Assembly (NCBI GenBank): GCA_951406725.2
Contig: OX597838.1
Coordinates: 7,688,001 to 7,752,000, forward strand
DNA: 64,000 bases
Direction of reading: 5' to 3'
Source: Octopus vulgaris
Taxonomy: Eukaryota
A model generated the notes under the pieces. The model was not told where the DNA came from. It searched no databases and worked only from the letters and a program-made list of their open reading frames with translations. Positions 1-15,199 of the stretch are shown one piece after another; the first letter of the stretch is position 1; each line of letters starts with the position of its first letter. Both the position numbers and the translations under genes were made by a program.

Positions 1-120
<120 letters not shown>

Positions 121-306
121 TTGATATATACACATATATACATATAGATACTAACATATATTTACATACACACAAATGTCTTACAAATCTCTCTTCTCCG
201 TCCCCTTACACTTTCTCTCTCTCTCACTTTCTCTCTCTCACTCTCTCTCTCTCACTCTCTCTCTCTTGCTCTCTATCTGTCGATCTCAATATATCTACAT
301 ATATAT

Positions 307-358
<52 letters not shown>

Positions 359-459
359 CTCTACCAACTATCTAGCCTCTACAATCTCCGTGTATGCATC
401 TGTATTTCCATCAATCTATTTTTGTGTTTAACCATTTAACTATGTTTCTACGTATAAGC

Positions 460-556
<97 letters not shown>

Positions 557-779
557 GTAATTATCTACATCTGTATCTACGTTCCTTTCGACGTATACAC
601 TGTAAAATAACTATATGTGTATATTCATGTATGTGTATATATATGTGTATGCATGTGTGTGTGTGTTTGTATGTATTTATATACTTATATATGAATGTAT
701 ATATAGTTATATGTATATATTTATACATATGTATTCACACATAAGTACGAACACATATACACATATACATATATATATT

Positions 780-810
<31 letters not shown>

Positions 811-1203
811 ATACATACACGCACACACATATACATATATGTGTGTGTGGGTGTGTACGTACACCACACACACACGTTGGTTGATATATAGAAGATAAAG
901 AAACAAAAGGCAGGGGGAAAGTGAGAGCCTGAGAGATTGAAAAAGGCATTGATAGATTTAGTGTCATGCGTATACTTTACCGCAAATAGATATCGATTAG
1001 TCAAGAATATTGATAAATCGTGCCCGTTGAAAACATTTACACACAAAACAAAAATAATAAAACAGCCAAAACAAAAAAATTCTAAAACAACTACAACAAC
1101 GACGGCAACAACAACAACACCAATAACAACAACCATAACCAGTATAACAATAAATTGAAAAAGACAAAGAATATAACGCAATAAAAAAGAAGGGCTGCTG
1201 TCC

Positions 1204-1240
<37 letters not shown>

Positions 1241-1553
1241 ACAAAAAGACTTCTATAGACAAGGACGAATATCACAGAGCATACAAAGGAACGTATGCAC
1301 ACATGAACAGATGCATACGCATATAGATTAAACCACAGACTCGTATTCGTACAAACCACAGACATACGGAACGGTATTCCTGCCGTAAACATGCAGAACG
1401 ACCATTAGCAAAGATATACAAAAAGGAGCGTATGAGGTAAAAAAGACAAAGATAAAAGCAAAGAAGCGAGGCATTACACTACACATTTACAAATACATGC
1501 GGCTATATGTGTGCATGTGTGTATACATACATACATACATACATATGTATATA

Positions 1554-1608
<55 letters not shown>

Positions 1609-1771
1609 ATGTATATGGATATATGTCTCTCTCTCTCTATATATATATAAACATACATACATTTGTACATACATACATATCTATATATATATACATAGAT
1701 ATATACATATATATATACATATATATACATATATATACATATATATATTTGTACATATTTATATATGTACC

Positions 1772-1804
<33 letters not shown>

Positions 1805-2500
1805 TTTATATATTTATATATATTTACATATATTTATTTATATATATATATAAATTATATATATTTATCTATATATCTATATATATATATACATGTATAC
1901 ATATATTTGTGTGTTCATATACATATGTATATACGTAAATGTGTATGTTTGTATATGAGTATATATATATATATATATATATATATGCGAAATAATTGTT
2001 TATGTATATTTATGTTGTGTTTGTGTGTGGGGGGGAAGTTCGAGGCTGTGTGTGTATGTGTGTGTGTGTGAGGATGGATTGATGTACATATAAATACAAA
2101 GAAATATTACTTCACTGTAAAGTATCTAAATGTTATGAGCAACAAGGGTACGTTTTGATCTATGGCGCAATACAGCAGGAAGCTATTTAACTCTGAAGCT
2201 TCATAATACTTTGTATAAAGGTTTTATAAAGTGAAGTGAAGAACGAAGCTATTTCCAACTTGGTTGAACTCCTTAGAGCATTGAGACTCATTTAATTCTA
2301 GACTTCTACTTGCTGATAGAATGCTGACTGCAAACATTACTGAATTGTACCATAGGTTTTTTTATTCGGCAGCAATAGAGGAAAAAAAAAACGTGCAACA
2401 GAATCCAATTTTAACTACACATAAAATCCATATATTATTGCCCACTCATGCAAATATACACGTATAAATACATGCAGGTATACCTATGTATACATACCTG

Positions 2501-2585
<85 letters not shown>

Positions 2586-2697
2586 GCAGTTATACTTACC
2601 TACATATATGCATAAATATATAGAGATAATGATGCAAGTAATGAAATAAAAACGCTTCTGCTTGACATATAATATATATATAAATATAAATATATAC

Positions 2698-3190
<493 letters not shown>

Positions 3191-4107
3191 CTTATAATTC
3201 AATACATATAAGATACGAATACAAGTTATAAAGATCAATATAAATTATTGAGATCATTAAAATCACTTCTTACAGCTGTTTCGGGTTACACCTAATCTAA
3301 ACTGGTTACACCCTATCTTAAACTGGCAAAATGACCATTCCGAAATACAACAATATATATATACATATATTGAGCTCACTTGGTCCATCAAATTAACATT
3401 ACCTGTACAGGTGTACCATAGGGGTATATTGACACTTTACTTAGATATTTACCATTTCCCAGGTCATGCTCCCTATGATACATATGTAGCCTCGATCTAT
3501 TCCATTCCTTAACTCTTGTATATTTATATAATCATTAAATTATTAGCAACGGAACCTGTTTGTGTAAAGAATGTCAGTGTGTACATCCAACTTAACGTGG
3601 ACGTTCAGAGAAAACTCCATAGACTGCGGTGTTCGTACATATCTCTTTTAGACGAATAGCGTTAAAAAGCACAGAATATATATTTTTATATATCTAGACA
3701 TATCTGTGTATATATATATATGTGTGCATGTGTTTATGTATGTGTGTATTAATGTATAGATATTTATGTAATGTAATATAGTACCCATACACATACACAC
3801 ACACATGTCCACTCACAAATATATACATATACGGAGATGTTTGTATGGGAAAGTATTTAGCAATTCGTTTTTTCAAAGCGATTAGCAAAATAGCATAGAA
3901 AATGCGAGTAGATATGAAATAATCCGTTCCTGAGAGCCAGTATATCGATCCATAAATACTGGCAATACAGTGGAGACTCTTGCGTGTGAAGTTAATTCAA
4001 TGTCAACCTTTTTATTTCTTAATAGAAATATGTTATTCTCCTTAAGTTTATTGATTGAAAACTGTAGATTAAAAACAAACTGCAATGTTATACATTGGGA
4101 AAATAGA

Positions 4108-4315
4108 GGCAAGCTGGAGTAATCGCTAGCCCGCTGGGTGAGATGCTTAGCGGGTATTTCGCCTGTCACTAAGTTCTGAGTTCAAATTCCACCAAGGTCG
4201 ACTTTGTATTCCATCATTTCGGGGTCGATAAAATAAGTGCCATTTGAACACTGGGGTCAATGTAATTGACTCATTCCCACCGCCCCGAAGCTGCCCTTCT
4301 GGCATAATTTTGAAA
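4108..4315 (+). mobile_element. SINE family A, diverged copy
   Basis: Head ggcaagctgg..., B-box gagttcaaattcc, core aaggtcgactttg...tttcggggtcgataaaataagt. Confidence 0.8.
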
Positions 4316-4380
4316 TAATATTATACATTAGAAAAGAATACAGCAAGCTGGCAAGTGTATGTGTATATGTGTGTGTGAAG

Positions 4381-4612
4381 AAGGCGGCGAGCTGGCAGAA
4401 ACGTTAACACGCCGGGCGAAATGCGTAGCCGTATTTCGTCTGTCGTTACGTGCTGAGTTGAAATTCCGCCGAGGTCGACTTTGCCTTTCATCCTTTCGGG
4501 CTCGATAAATTAAGTAGCAGTTATGCACTGGGGTCGATGTAATCGACTTAATCCGTTTGTCTGTCCTTGTTTGCTCCCTCTGTGTTTAGCCCTTGTGGGT
4601 AGTAAAGAAATA
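4381..4612 (+). mobile_element. tRNA-derived SINE family A, full length with 17-bp TSD
   Basis: A-box-like TGGCAGAAACGTTA and B-box-like GAGTTGAAATTCC; TSD tatatgtgtgtgtgaag at 4364-4380 and 4613-4629. Confidence 0.92.
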
Positions 4613-4625
4613 TATATGTGTGTGT

Positions 4626-4935
4626 GAAGGTACATGGCGCAGTGGTTAGAGCATCATGAGGTAGTAAGTTCGAATCTCCGGTCTGGCTACGTGTTGTATC
4701 CTTGAGAAAGACACTTCATTTCGTGTTGCTCCAGTTCACTCAGATGTGGAAATGATTTGCGATGTCGTCACTGACGCGAAGCTGCATTGCCCTTTGCCCT
4801 TCACTTGGATAACATCAGTGGCGTGGAGAGGTGAGTCTGGTATGCATGGGCGTCCGGTGGTCGTCCATAAAACAACCTTGCCGGGACATGTGCCACGCAG
4901 GGTAACTTTCTAGGTGCAATCCCATGGTTATTCCT
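4626..4935 (+). mobile_element. CORE-type tRNA SINE family D
   Basis: tggcgcagtggttagagc and gttcgaatc boxes; CORE-like gtatccttgagaaagacactt...ctccagttcactcag; homologous to 36038-36272 and 58356-58738. Confidence 0.85.
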
Positions 4936-4937
4936 GG

Positions 4938-5166
4938 CGGCGAGCTGGCAGAATCGTTAGCACGCCGGGCGAAATGCTTAGCACTATTTCGTCTGCCGCT
5001 ACGTTCTGAGTTCAAATTTCGCCGAGGTCGATTTTGCCTTTCATCCTTTCGGAGTCGATTAAATAAGTACCAGTTACGCACTGGTGTCAATATAATCGAC
5101 TTAATGCGTTTGTCTGTCCTTGTTTGTCCTCTCTGTGTTTAGCCCCTTGTGAGTAGTAAAGAATTA
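4938..5166 (+). mobile_element. SINE family A inserted in the tail of the family D copy
   Basis: TSD ggttattcctgg 4926-4937 and ggtcattcctgg 5167-5178 (11/12). Confidence 0.9.
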
Positions 5167-5559
5167 GGTCATTCCTGGTAGACGTATGCATGTACATTAT
5201 ATATATGCACCTTATTAATGTTTATATATATATAGTGCCATTTGCTTAGGGTCTGAGCGTTGGAGAGCATGTCTGGCAGCATTTATATAGCATTTATATA
5301 TCGATCTCTATGGTCTGATATCACTAAATCCTTTAATGTGTACTGGGTGGGTTCAGTGCACAGTTTAGCAGGACAATATTGTGATTCTTGGAATATTAAA
5401 GCGTGATGCCGTTTCTGTTCGTTTCCTGTCTTCTTTAGGTGGTTGAACAATGTGGCTTATTTTGTACGAGAAAAGAAAAGATTTTAACAGACAGAGGCGT
5501 TGCTGCATGTTAACAAGTTTGTTTTCCAATCACGAGTTTCCGGTTTCAGGATTTCGTAA

Positions 5560-5985
5560 CACTTTGGCCATGTGTCTTTATTGGATTACTATGTGGTATG
5601 TTAGCAGAGTCCGCTGGAGGAGCTTTCTGTGTTCGCCGCATGGCTCTCTGAACCCATATATTACAAGACATATACGTGTGTGTTCGTGACAGTCTGTGCC
5701 TCTGCCTATATGCTTGAGCGTCTATGTGTGTGTGTGTGTGTGTGTGTGCGTACTTTAATTTATCCATCACAAATTGGCAACCGTTATTGGTTTGTTTACT
5801 TCCCTAAACTAAGCTGTTTGGTTAAAAAGTCACAGTACCATTCTTTGAAAAACTAAGTACTTGAAATCGAACCGTTCGTACCGAGGAATACGTACAAATA
5901 TTAAATGTTGTTCGACTGAAAACTTTAAGGCAGTACACCATCATGGCCGCCGTGCAATGACTCGAACAAGCAAAAGTTAAAAAAA
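5560..5985 (+). mobile_element. SINE family C, highly diverged
   Basis: 3' half motifs caaccgttattggtttgtttac and catggccgccgtgcaatgactcgaacaagcaaaag match family C. Confidence 0.55.
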
Positions 5986-6459
5986 GATACAATCTATGTT
6001 CTTTGATGAATTCGGCCATGTTATCGTTTCGTTGTAATGGCGTGTGTGTAATCATTTTGCTGCTAAAAGTCTCGTTCAAATACAGAATTGACCAGTTAGC
6101 AGGTGAAATATAATTCTCAGTTGTTCGCATTAGTTCGATATTATATTCCGATCGTTTGTTTAGCTTATCAAAAGACTGCATGAGAATAATGCATTATATA
6201 CATTTTTTTCATATATTTTATTTCTATTTTCCAACATATTTCGGTTTTATTGATCCACACGAAAAGAGTTTCAAATAACATCAATGCTTGACCAGTTTTG
6301 GACATAACTCCACCAGTTTCACACACACTCACACAAACAAACACACAACCACACACACACACATACATACAAACACGCTCTCTCTCTCGCTCATTTTCAC
6401 TCTTTCTTTCGCACCCTCTCTACACCTCAGTCTCTATATTTACATGTCTCTTTATATGT

Positions 6460-6524
<65 letters not shown>

Positions 6525-6584
6525 CTACCTCGTAGTTTTGCGCATTTAGTTTCGCCACCATCTCTTTGTCGTTCTCACACACGG

Positions 6585-6629
<45 letters not shown>

Positions 6630-6636
6630 TATACAT

Positions 6637-6715
<79 letters not shown>

Positions 6716-6736
6716 TATACATATATATACATATAC

Positions 6737-6769
<33 letters not shown>

Positions 6770-6770
6770 A

Positions 6771-6802
<32 letters not shown>

Positions 6803-7636
6803 GTATGTGTGTGTGTGTGTGTGTTTGTGTGTGTGTGGTGTTTGTGTGTGTTTGGTGTTTGTGTGTGTGTGGTGTTTGTGTGTGTGCGTGTACATTTATC
6901 AAACCCTGACGCATTGAAGTAAAGTAATGGTATGGCATATTTTTCATAAAACGTTTCTGAAACAATAAATGTGATACGTGTATCGACTTCATAAAAAATA
7001 TACGTGTTATGCGCAAATTCGTTGAATTTCGTGTCGACTACACTTATTTTTTCCTCGTCGCTTGCTCTCTATACAAAGTCATTGAGCAAAATAAAATATC
7101 TTAAATTATATGGGACAGTGAGCAGGTCGGTTTCTGGTTGTAATCACAACCGACATGATAGCCATGGACTCAGTATTGAAATTTTGCCATTAAAACTTTT
7201 TTATATTGCCCATGGGATATAAGGTTTCATGTGATTCCGGAAAATCATGTGTAATGGAAAAAGAAGTTCACTTCTATCGCATTTGCCATTTCGCAGATAC
7301 GTTCAAACATTCGACGTAAGAAGATGGCATTTTGCTCGAGTTCCAGCGTTATGATGAAGAACGTGCCACCCTTGTCCCTTCAAGCAGTTAAACCACCCGT
7401 TCAAGGTCCAAATTTTCTGCTTGTTTTAAATTTAAGCATAGCAGTTCCAGCCTCTCGTGCGTGCCCTATGATGCCATTCTCAAAATAAACAATCACACCA
7501 TCAAAATCTTGAAGCTATGAGACACTACAAGACTGTCCCAAAACAATGTGAATAAATAAGCTATAGATGTGACAAGTGATTCACTGTGTCCTCAGAAATT
7601 CCGTATCTGCCTGGAGATTACACCCCTCTGCTTACC

Positions 7637-7684
<48 letters not shown>

Positions 7685-7691
<7 letters not shown>

Positions 7692-8235
7692 ACAATATAA
7701 TAAATAAAACATATGCATATATACATACATATATGTACATACTTACGTCTATATGTATATATACATGCATATATGAGTGCAGGACACCACAAATAAACGT
7801 AGAACACAACGAGAAACGAAAACATAAAATCAAACAAGGAAACGGACTTTTTTTAACAACGAAAAAACAGAGTACAGGACAAACAATACAAGGAAAATTC
7901 CCTTTCATCAGCTGCCCCTGGTTCGACTCAATGCGTGTTTCGAATGTAAGGGCAGAACACGACCCGGCCGACACAATCCTTCCTGCAAAAGGAATTAAAT
8001 AAAATTCTTTTGCAGAGGGATAAAACAAGTGACAAGAACAGGACGTAAAAGCAATACAAATGAAGAAAAAGCAGTACAAAAAACAGTACAAAGAATAACA
8101 GGACAAGGAAACCAACAATAAGGGCTTTTCTTAAGGCTAGACGGTGGAAAACTTCGTTAGAACGCATGTAAAAAATCGGTTTGCGGAAGACAGAAGAAGT
8201 CGATGTTGGCTTGTTGAAATCACGGGCAGAAAGGA

Positions 8236-8240
<5 letters not shown>
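7685..8240. mobile_element. Dispersed repeat, probably Penelope-like, related to 20790-21262
   Basis: 7690-7940 is the reverse complement of ~21000-21260; 7935-8070 matches ~20855-20990 in direct orientation; flanked by (TA)n. Confidence 0.6.
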
Positions 8241-8266
<26 letters not shown>

Positions 8267-8780
8267 TTCATCGTAGTTTCGATCCACGAAATTCTACTCA
8301 AAAATGTGACATTAATGGTATTCAGCAATATCGAACGCGGGATCATTTGGTTGCCAAGCAAAGTGGCTTAATGTTCCTCGAGTTCATACACATCTAATTT
8401 CCCAAACAACTTGTACAATCACTCTGTCCCTTGTTCTCTGTATTCTCTGCGACTGCAATTTCTGAAAATTATGAACTTCTTTTAATTTTGGACACACATG
8501 GTAGTCTCAACGTGTGTGTGCCTGTGTATGTGTCTGTATGTATCTGTATATGTGTATGTTGGTGTACGTGTGTGTTTATATGCACGTGTCCGTGTGTCTG
8601 ACTGTGTGTTTGCTTTGGAAGAGATTCTTGGAGGGGGAGCATTGGCTGCGATTTAATCTCATTGAACGCTAAAAACATTAAACTCTGGGAATCTATTTTA
8701 GAGTGTCTACAGATTCCACAACAAGACTAACAGAAGTTCCTATGTTTCAGAAGAATAATTGCATACACATATACAAACAT

Positions 8781-8898
<118 letters not shown>

Positions 8899-9711
8899 AT
8901 ATATGAATATACATGTATAGAAATGTACATATATATGTATATATATGTGTACATATATATATATGTATATTTATATATATACATTTACAGATATATACGT
9001 ATATATACATATACATATATTTATTAATATATATGTATGCATATATACATATATGTATGAGGTATGTAGCTGCGTGTAATACGTATATCAATACATACAC
9101 ATGAAATCCAATAATAGTGTCTGGAATATGTATGTATGTATATATATATATACATACATACATACATACATATAGACACACATATACACACGCATATATA
9201 ACATATATATATATACATACATAGATATACAGATCAGCATTCGCGTGTGTATGTATGAAGCGAGATTTATATTAATTCAAACCCCTTGCTGTGTAAATAA
9301 TTAGATAGGTTGTATGGCTGCTACTAAAATAGCTTATATCTTCTAAAGTTCCTTCTATCTTTGATTGATTTCAAGAGGTACGACTGACAAATATAGTCAT
9401 GTCAGAAATTAAATGTGAAATTATTCTTGCGGCTCTATAACACGGTGATCATGATATTAAACTAGTTGGCCATCATCAAGTTCGGTACCATTTGAAGAGG
9501 CTGTATTCTTTGACTGACACCGACTTATTGTATCTATTTAAACCCAGATAAATTAATTTGGTCATATTGAACGTTATATAACACTCCATACAGCGATTAG
9601 ATTAAGCGATAATGAATAAGCAAGCAGTTCAGAGCTCCATCAATAACTGTAAGGACATCAACCACCATGCTCTCCGGGTGAGGAATTTTTGTCCAGTAAT
9701 TAAATCTATAC

Positions 9712-10118
9712 TTACTCTTTACTCTTTACTCTTTTACTTGTTTCAGTCATTTGACTGCGCCCATGCTGGAGCACCGCCTTTAATCGAGGAACTCGATCTC
9801 GGGACTTATTCTTTTGTAAGCCCAGTACTTATTCTATCGGTCTCTTTTTCCGAACCGCTAAGTGACGGGGACGCAAAAACACCAGCATCGGTTGTCAAGC
9901 AATGCTAGGGGGACAAACACATACACGCATATATATATATATATACATATATATGACGGGCTTCTTTCAGTTTCTGTCTACCAAATTCACTAACAAGGCT
10001 TTGGTCGGCCTGAGGCTATAGTAGAAGACACTTGTCCAAGGTGCTACGCAGTGGGACTGAACCCGGAACCATGTGGTTGGTAAACAAGCTACTTACCACA
10101 CAGCCACTCCTGCACCTA
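9712..10118 (-). mobile_element. tRNA-derived SINE family C with internal microsatellite
   Basis: Reverse complement of 26301-26755; head taggtgcaggagtggctgtgtggtaag, tail gtaaaagagtaaagagtaag. Confidence 0.9.
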
Positions 10119-10149
10119 CTTGTATTGAATTAATTATTACTTTATTTTA

Positions 10150-10445
10150 TGTCTTACTTGTTCCAGCTCTTAGAATGCAGCCATGCTGGAGCACCGTCTT
10201 AGCGCTTTTTAGAAGAGCAAATCGAACCCCCAGGACTTTTTATTTATTTATTTATGTATTATTTTATTTATCATTTATTACTTTTTTATTGTTCTAAACC
10301 TCATATTTCTTCTACTGTTTTCTGTTGCCGAAACTCAAATGTTATGGGGACGTAAACACACCAGCACTGGTAGTCGAACGCTGGTGGAGAACAAACAGAA
10401 ACACAAAGTCAAACACACACACACAAAAACACACACACACACACG
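10150..10445 (-). mobile_element. SINE family C 3' half, older copy
   Basis: gccatgctggagcaccg and ggggacgtaaacacaccagca motifs shared with family C. Confidence 0.7.
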
Positions 10446-10552
10446 TACATCATTCCTTTCTTTCACTTAAATAATAAACTTCTGTGGTGTTTTACATACT
10501 TTTACAGTTCCAGTGATCGCTTGGGCCTGTAGTCTTCGAATCAGCTTTCTTT

Positions 10553-10614
<62 letters not shown>

Positions 10615-10617
<3 letters not shown>

Positions 10618-10772
10618 GGAGTAAGCACACAAATGTGGAACAAGGTGGAAAAAAGAGTACTCAAATACCAGAGGTAGAATAATATGGTTTATTTAAAAGT
10701 AGACTGTCCGACGAACTCTGAGTAAACTCTGAGTAACACCTTTTGTTATATTTCTGCTGCTTTTAAATAAAG
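10615..10772. mobile_element. Short dispersed repeat in (TA)n, related to 55413-55495
   Basis: aacaaggt(g/t)gaaa...agtactc(a/g)aataccagaggtaga shared by both loci. Confidence 0.55.
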
Positions 10773-10799
10773 GATATATATATATATATATATATATTT

Positions 10800-10910
10800 A
10801 TGTAGTAAATTCAACACAAGAAAAACAACAAAGCGAGGGCGTGGTACATGCAGAGTATTAGCAGACGGTCAGGGAAGCAAAGAAAGGTGGTCTTTCGTTT
10901 CGAGTAAAAC
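10800..10910 (-). mobile_element. Penelope-like repeat fragment, family of 46820-47015
   Basis: Reverse complement ctcgaaacg...taatact...ccacgccctcgc aligns with 46908-46990. Confidence 0.55.
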
Positions 10911-11126
10911 ATTGGTATAACAAGGTACCACTGTTTACTGGAAATAGCTGTCGATAAAGTTATGACGCTTTAGTAAAGCTTCACTCTGTATATATTGACA
11001 AAGACGTCTGAAGGCAGCGAACATTAAAAAAAATTTCGTCTTACCTATAGGAAGAACATTATTTATTTGATAATCTTTGGTGTGCATGCGCTTGTATGCA
11101 TGAGAAAGCACTCGCACTCATATCTG

Positions 11127-11181
<55 letters not shown>

Positions 11182-11289
11182 GTCTGTCTGTCTGTCTTTC
11201 GATCTGTGCATCTTCTTATGTATCCATCTATTTATCCGTGACTGTCTATCTACTCATCTATCTATCTAGCTATCTATATACGTACGTAG

Positions 11290-11433
11290 TGTGACTTCAC
11301 TTGCTTCCCACCCACATGATTCCGGGTTCAGTCCTACAGCGGGGTACCTTGGACAAGATTCTTGTACTCTAGCTTCGTGCCGACCAAAACCTTGTGAGTG
11401 GATTTGGTTGACGGGAACTGAAAGATGTCCGTC

Positions 11434-11481
<48 letters not shown>

Positions 11482-11700
11482 ATATGTATCTCTTTTGCGC
11501 CTGTTTTGTTCCCTACCACCGCTTGACAACCGGTGTTATTTTGTTTACGTCCAAGTAACTTAGCGGTTCACATCAAGAGGCCTATAAAAAAAGAACTATG
11601 CGTTACAAAACAAATAGGGTTCATTTCCTCGAGTAAAACCCTTCAAGGCGGTGCCCCATCATGGCCGCACTCAAATGACTGCAACAAATTATAAAAGGTA
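11290..11700 (+). mobile_element. SINE family C, older copy
   Basis: ccgggttcagtcc, accttggacaag, gccgaccaaaaccttgtgagtggatttgg, internal (TA)n, catggccgcactcaaatgactg. Confidence 0.85.
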
Positions 11701-12095
11701 ACAGTAATATATTGTACGTACGACATGATCAAACTTTATTACACGCACACGTACGCATACACCTAAACACACACATGTAGATATACAAATACACACATAC
11801 GCACACAAAGACACACACATAGACAACCATACGCACGCACATACATACACAAACATGCACACAGCTACACACAGTTATACACAGACACACACACACAAAT
11901 ACACACGCACACACACACAAACATACACACACATCATTTGCTCCAATCCCGATTTTGTTTCGTTTTTCGTTTATGACGTAATTTTGAGCAGCTGCACTTG
12001 TCATGCATATTTGTATTAAGCGCCGATATCCATCCAGAAACTTCGATTGCGCAAGTGCAGACATACTATGTACGTATACAGATAGATAGATAGAC

Positions 12096-12196
<101 letters not shown>

Positions 12197-12299
12197 CATA
12201 CATACATACATACATACATTCATCCATCCATACATACATAGAAAAATAGATAGATAGATAGATCGATACATACATACATACATACATACATGCATACAT

Positions 12300-12330
<31 letters not shown>

Positions 12331-12389
12331 CATACATACATAGAAAGATACATACATACATACATATATACATACATAGATTGATAGAC

Positions 12390-12465
<76 letters not shown>

Positions 12466-12657
12466 GAGCAATGTTATGTGCATGAGGGTGCGAGTGCATT
12501 CTCATGCATACAAGCGCGTGCACACCAGAGATAATCAAATATATAATAATGCGAATCGATGTTACTATAGCGCCATCTGGTTATTTCATTAGTTTTCGTC
12601 GTTAAGCACATTGCCATTATCTAAATACGTGCACGTGGGCGTGCGTGCATGTATACG

Positions 12658-12758
<101 letters not shown>

Positions 12759-13129
12759 CTGTGTGTGTGTGAGAGAGTGTGTACTTGGCTCTGAGCATAC
12801 ATATATTTGCATATATATGTGTGTGTACTTGTACACACACACACACACACACACACACTTACACGCACAAGCATATATATACACACAAATATATACATAT
12901 AGATATATATATTTTCAAAAATTGCTACACTGATAGAATCTTAGGCTTTTATCGATATTTTAAATGGCATAGCGTGAAATTAAACTACACGGATATAGAA
13001 GTTAAGTTGAAAAACAAGCATGTATATATATATATACGTATATATATCCAATGTTCATATATAGTGACACACATAATATATATGTAATATAAATACACAT
13101 ATATACGCACACACACATATATATATGCA

Positions 13130-13180
<51 letters not shown>

Positions 13181-13485
13181 ATATATCGGTGTGTACATGC
13201 ATAGATATACATACATGTATGTGTGTATGTATGGAGGTATTTACTGGTAATGATTCTATCGCGGGTAATGTAAGCATTCATATGAAAATTCGAAAGCATG
13301 CATGAGGAAAAAATAATTAAATGTTTTCTAAAGCTGGAAGACGATGAAGTGATGGAGGAAAGATGGAACGCTTTTCTCCTGTGATTCCACATGTCTTTCG
13401 CTACGCATTCACTAAGTCTAGCAAATTTCGATAACACGTGCTTGCTCTGATGAGAAACATCTGCCTGGAATCATGAGGATAGCTT

Positions 13486-13690
13486 TATTGTAGATTCTAT
13501 TGTGAATTCTAAGACCGTTAGTCTAGAGAACTACCGGAATTCTTTCATGAAATACGGTGTAAGATTATAAACCCATCTTAAATGTTCCGGTTTCAAATCC
13601 TGCCAATATGAATTTCTTATTGATTAAGTGGGGTTTTTAAAAATATTTTATTATAATAATTTATAATATTGTTAACGCGGCGAGCTGGCA
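13486..13690 (+). repeat. ~200-bp direct repeat, copy 1, ending in a SINE A head
   Basis: Aligns with 14198-14401 (gaactaccggaattctttcatgaaatacggtgtaagatt...ttataatattgttaacgcggcgag). Confidence 0.9.
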
Positions 13691-13964
13691 GAGACGTTAG
13701 CACGCCGGGCCAAATGCCGGGCGAAATGCCGGGCGAAATGGAGATTAGTCATGATTAATCAAATTGTAAGGAGTGTTATGCAATATAATAATGAAATTAT
13801 TAACTAAACACCAGCAGATCTAGTAATACCGGAAGCAGCAGCACCACGACCACCACAAAAGACACTATTATAAATGTCGCTAACTGTAGCTCAATCATCA
13901 CCATCGACATAATTAACAAGTCAAAACCAAAATCAAAATTACCATTGCAATATTTATTTCTCCG

Positions 13965-14197
13965 AAGGCTGCGAGCTGGCAGAAACGTTAGCACGACGGG
14001 CGAAATGCTCAGCGGTATTTCATCTGCCGTTACGTTCTGAGTTCAAATTCCGCCGAGGTCGACTTTGCCTTTCATCCTTTCGGGGTCGATAAATAAAGTA
14101 TCAGTTTCGCACTGGAGTCGATGTAATCGATTTAATCTCTTTGTCTGTCCTTGTTTGTCCCCTCTATGTTTAGCCCCTTGTGGGTAGTAAAGAAATA
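13965..14197 (+). mobile_element. SINE family A, full length
   Basis: Matches 4381-4612 end to end. Confidence 0.9.
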
Positions 14198-14401
14198 TAT
14201 TGTAGATACTTCGGTGAATTCTAACACCGTTAGTCTGAAGAACTACCGGAATTCTTTCATGAAATACGGTGTAAGATTTAAGCCCATCTTAAGTGTGCCG
14301 GTTTCAAATCCTGCCAATAAGAATTTCTTATTGATTTAGTGGGGTTTAAAAATTTTTTTTTATTATAATAATTTATAATATTGTTAACGCGGCGAGTTGG
14401 C
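14198..14401 (+). repeat. ~200-bp direct repeat, copy 2
   Basis: See 13486-13690. Confidence 0.9.
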
Positions 14402-14730
14402 GGAATTGTTAGCCCCGCAGGTAAATTGCTTAATGTCTCTTCGTCCGTCTTTGCGTTGTGAGTTCAAATTTCGCCGAGATCGATTTGCCATCTAGCCTTT
14501 TGGAATCGATAAAATATGTAGCGGGGTTGAGCCCCGAAATTGATATTATCGACTTACACTCTCCTCGAACTTGCTGGACTTGTGTCAAAATTTAAATAAA
14601 ATAATTATTTAAATTTTGGTACAAGGTGCGGGGTACGTCGATTACATAGACCTTAGCACATTACTGGTATCTTATTTTATCGACCTCCTAAGGATGAAAG
14701 GCATATTTTGCCTAGCGGTATTTCAACGCA
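14388..14730. mobile_element. Two old SINE A copies tail to tail (+ 14388-14595, - 14610-14730)
   Basis: gagttcaaatttcgccgag on +; ttttatcgacc...aggatgaaaggc read on + for the minus copy. Confidence 0.65.
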
Positions 14731-15199
14731 GAGATCAGTAAAATTGTGGAAGGGAGTTCCTTTGTAGAAAACATATAAATACTTATACACGTATGTCTTC
14801 CTTTTCCATGCAACCGATGATGTTCAATCAAAATTCCACTGTTTCAAGCCCGATGTAACTTGGCATCATGCTGTTGCAGGAATACTCTCAGAACGCAAAA
14901 AATTCTTCAGAACAGTTACTGCAAAACTCTTCCCGACATCTTACAGTGAAGTTATTAAACTGGCCATGATTGATACGTTTTTTATAGAACGCAAAGGAAC
15001 GGAAGGACAAACTTGCCCACAGTAGCGTTTGGGCCAGTAGCCGGGGTAGACATTCTGCCAAGTACTGAGGAATAAGAAATCTCCATTCGGTTTCTTTATT
15101 TATTTATTTATTTATTTATCTATCTAAATGACAAAAGAAATAGAGATAGCACGGATAGTTGGGTTTGGTTAATAAAAGAGAAAGAAACGGTTGGAATTA

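Noticed and set aside
2302-2355. Possible 54-nt exon (AG...GT, open frame)
   Set aside because: Weak donor (gttttt), no recognisable protein similarity, no supporting neighbouring exons
7895-7945. Type II hammerhead (GAAAC...CTGATGA on minus; also ~20998-21030 on plus)
   Set aside because: Could not build consistent stems I and II in either copy
13447-13458. CTGATGAGAAAC
   Set aside because: No stem II and no flanking stems; likely chance
14820-14890. Tc1-like QQD motif on the minus strand
   Set aside because: Too short and degenerate to support a call
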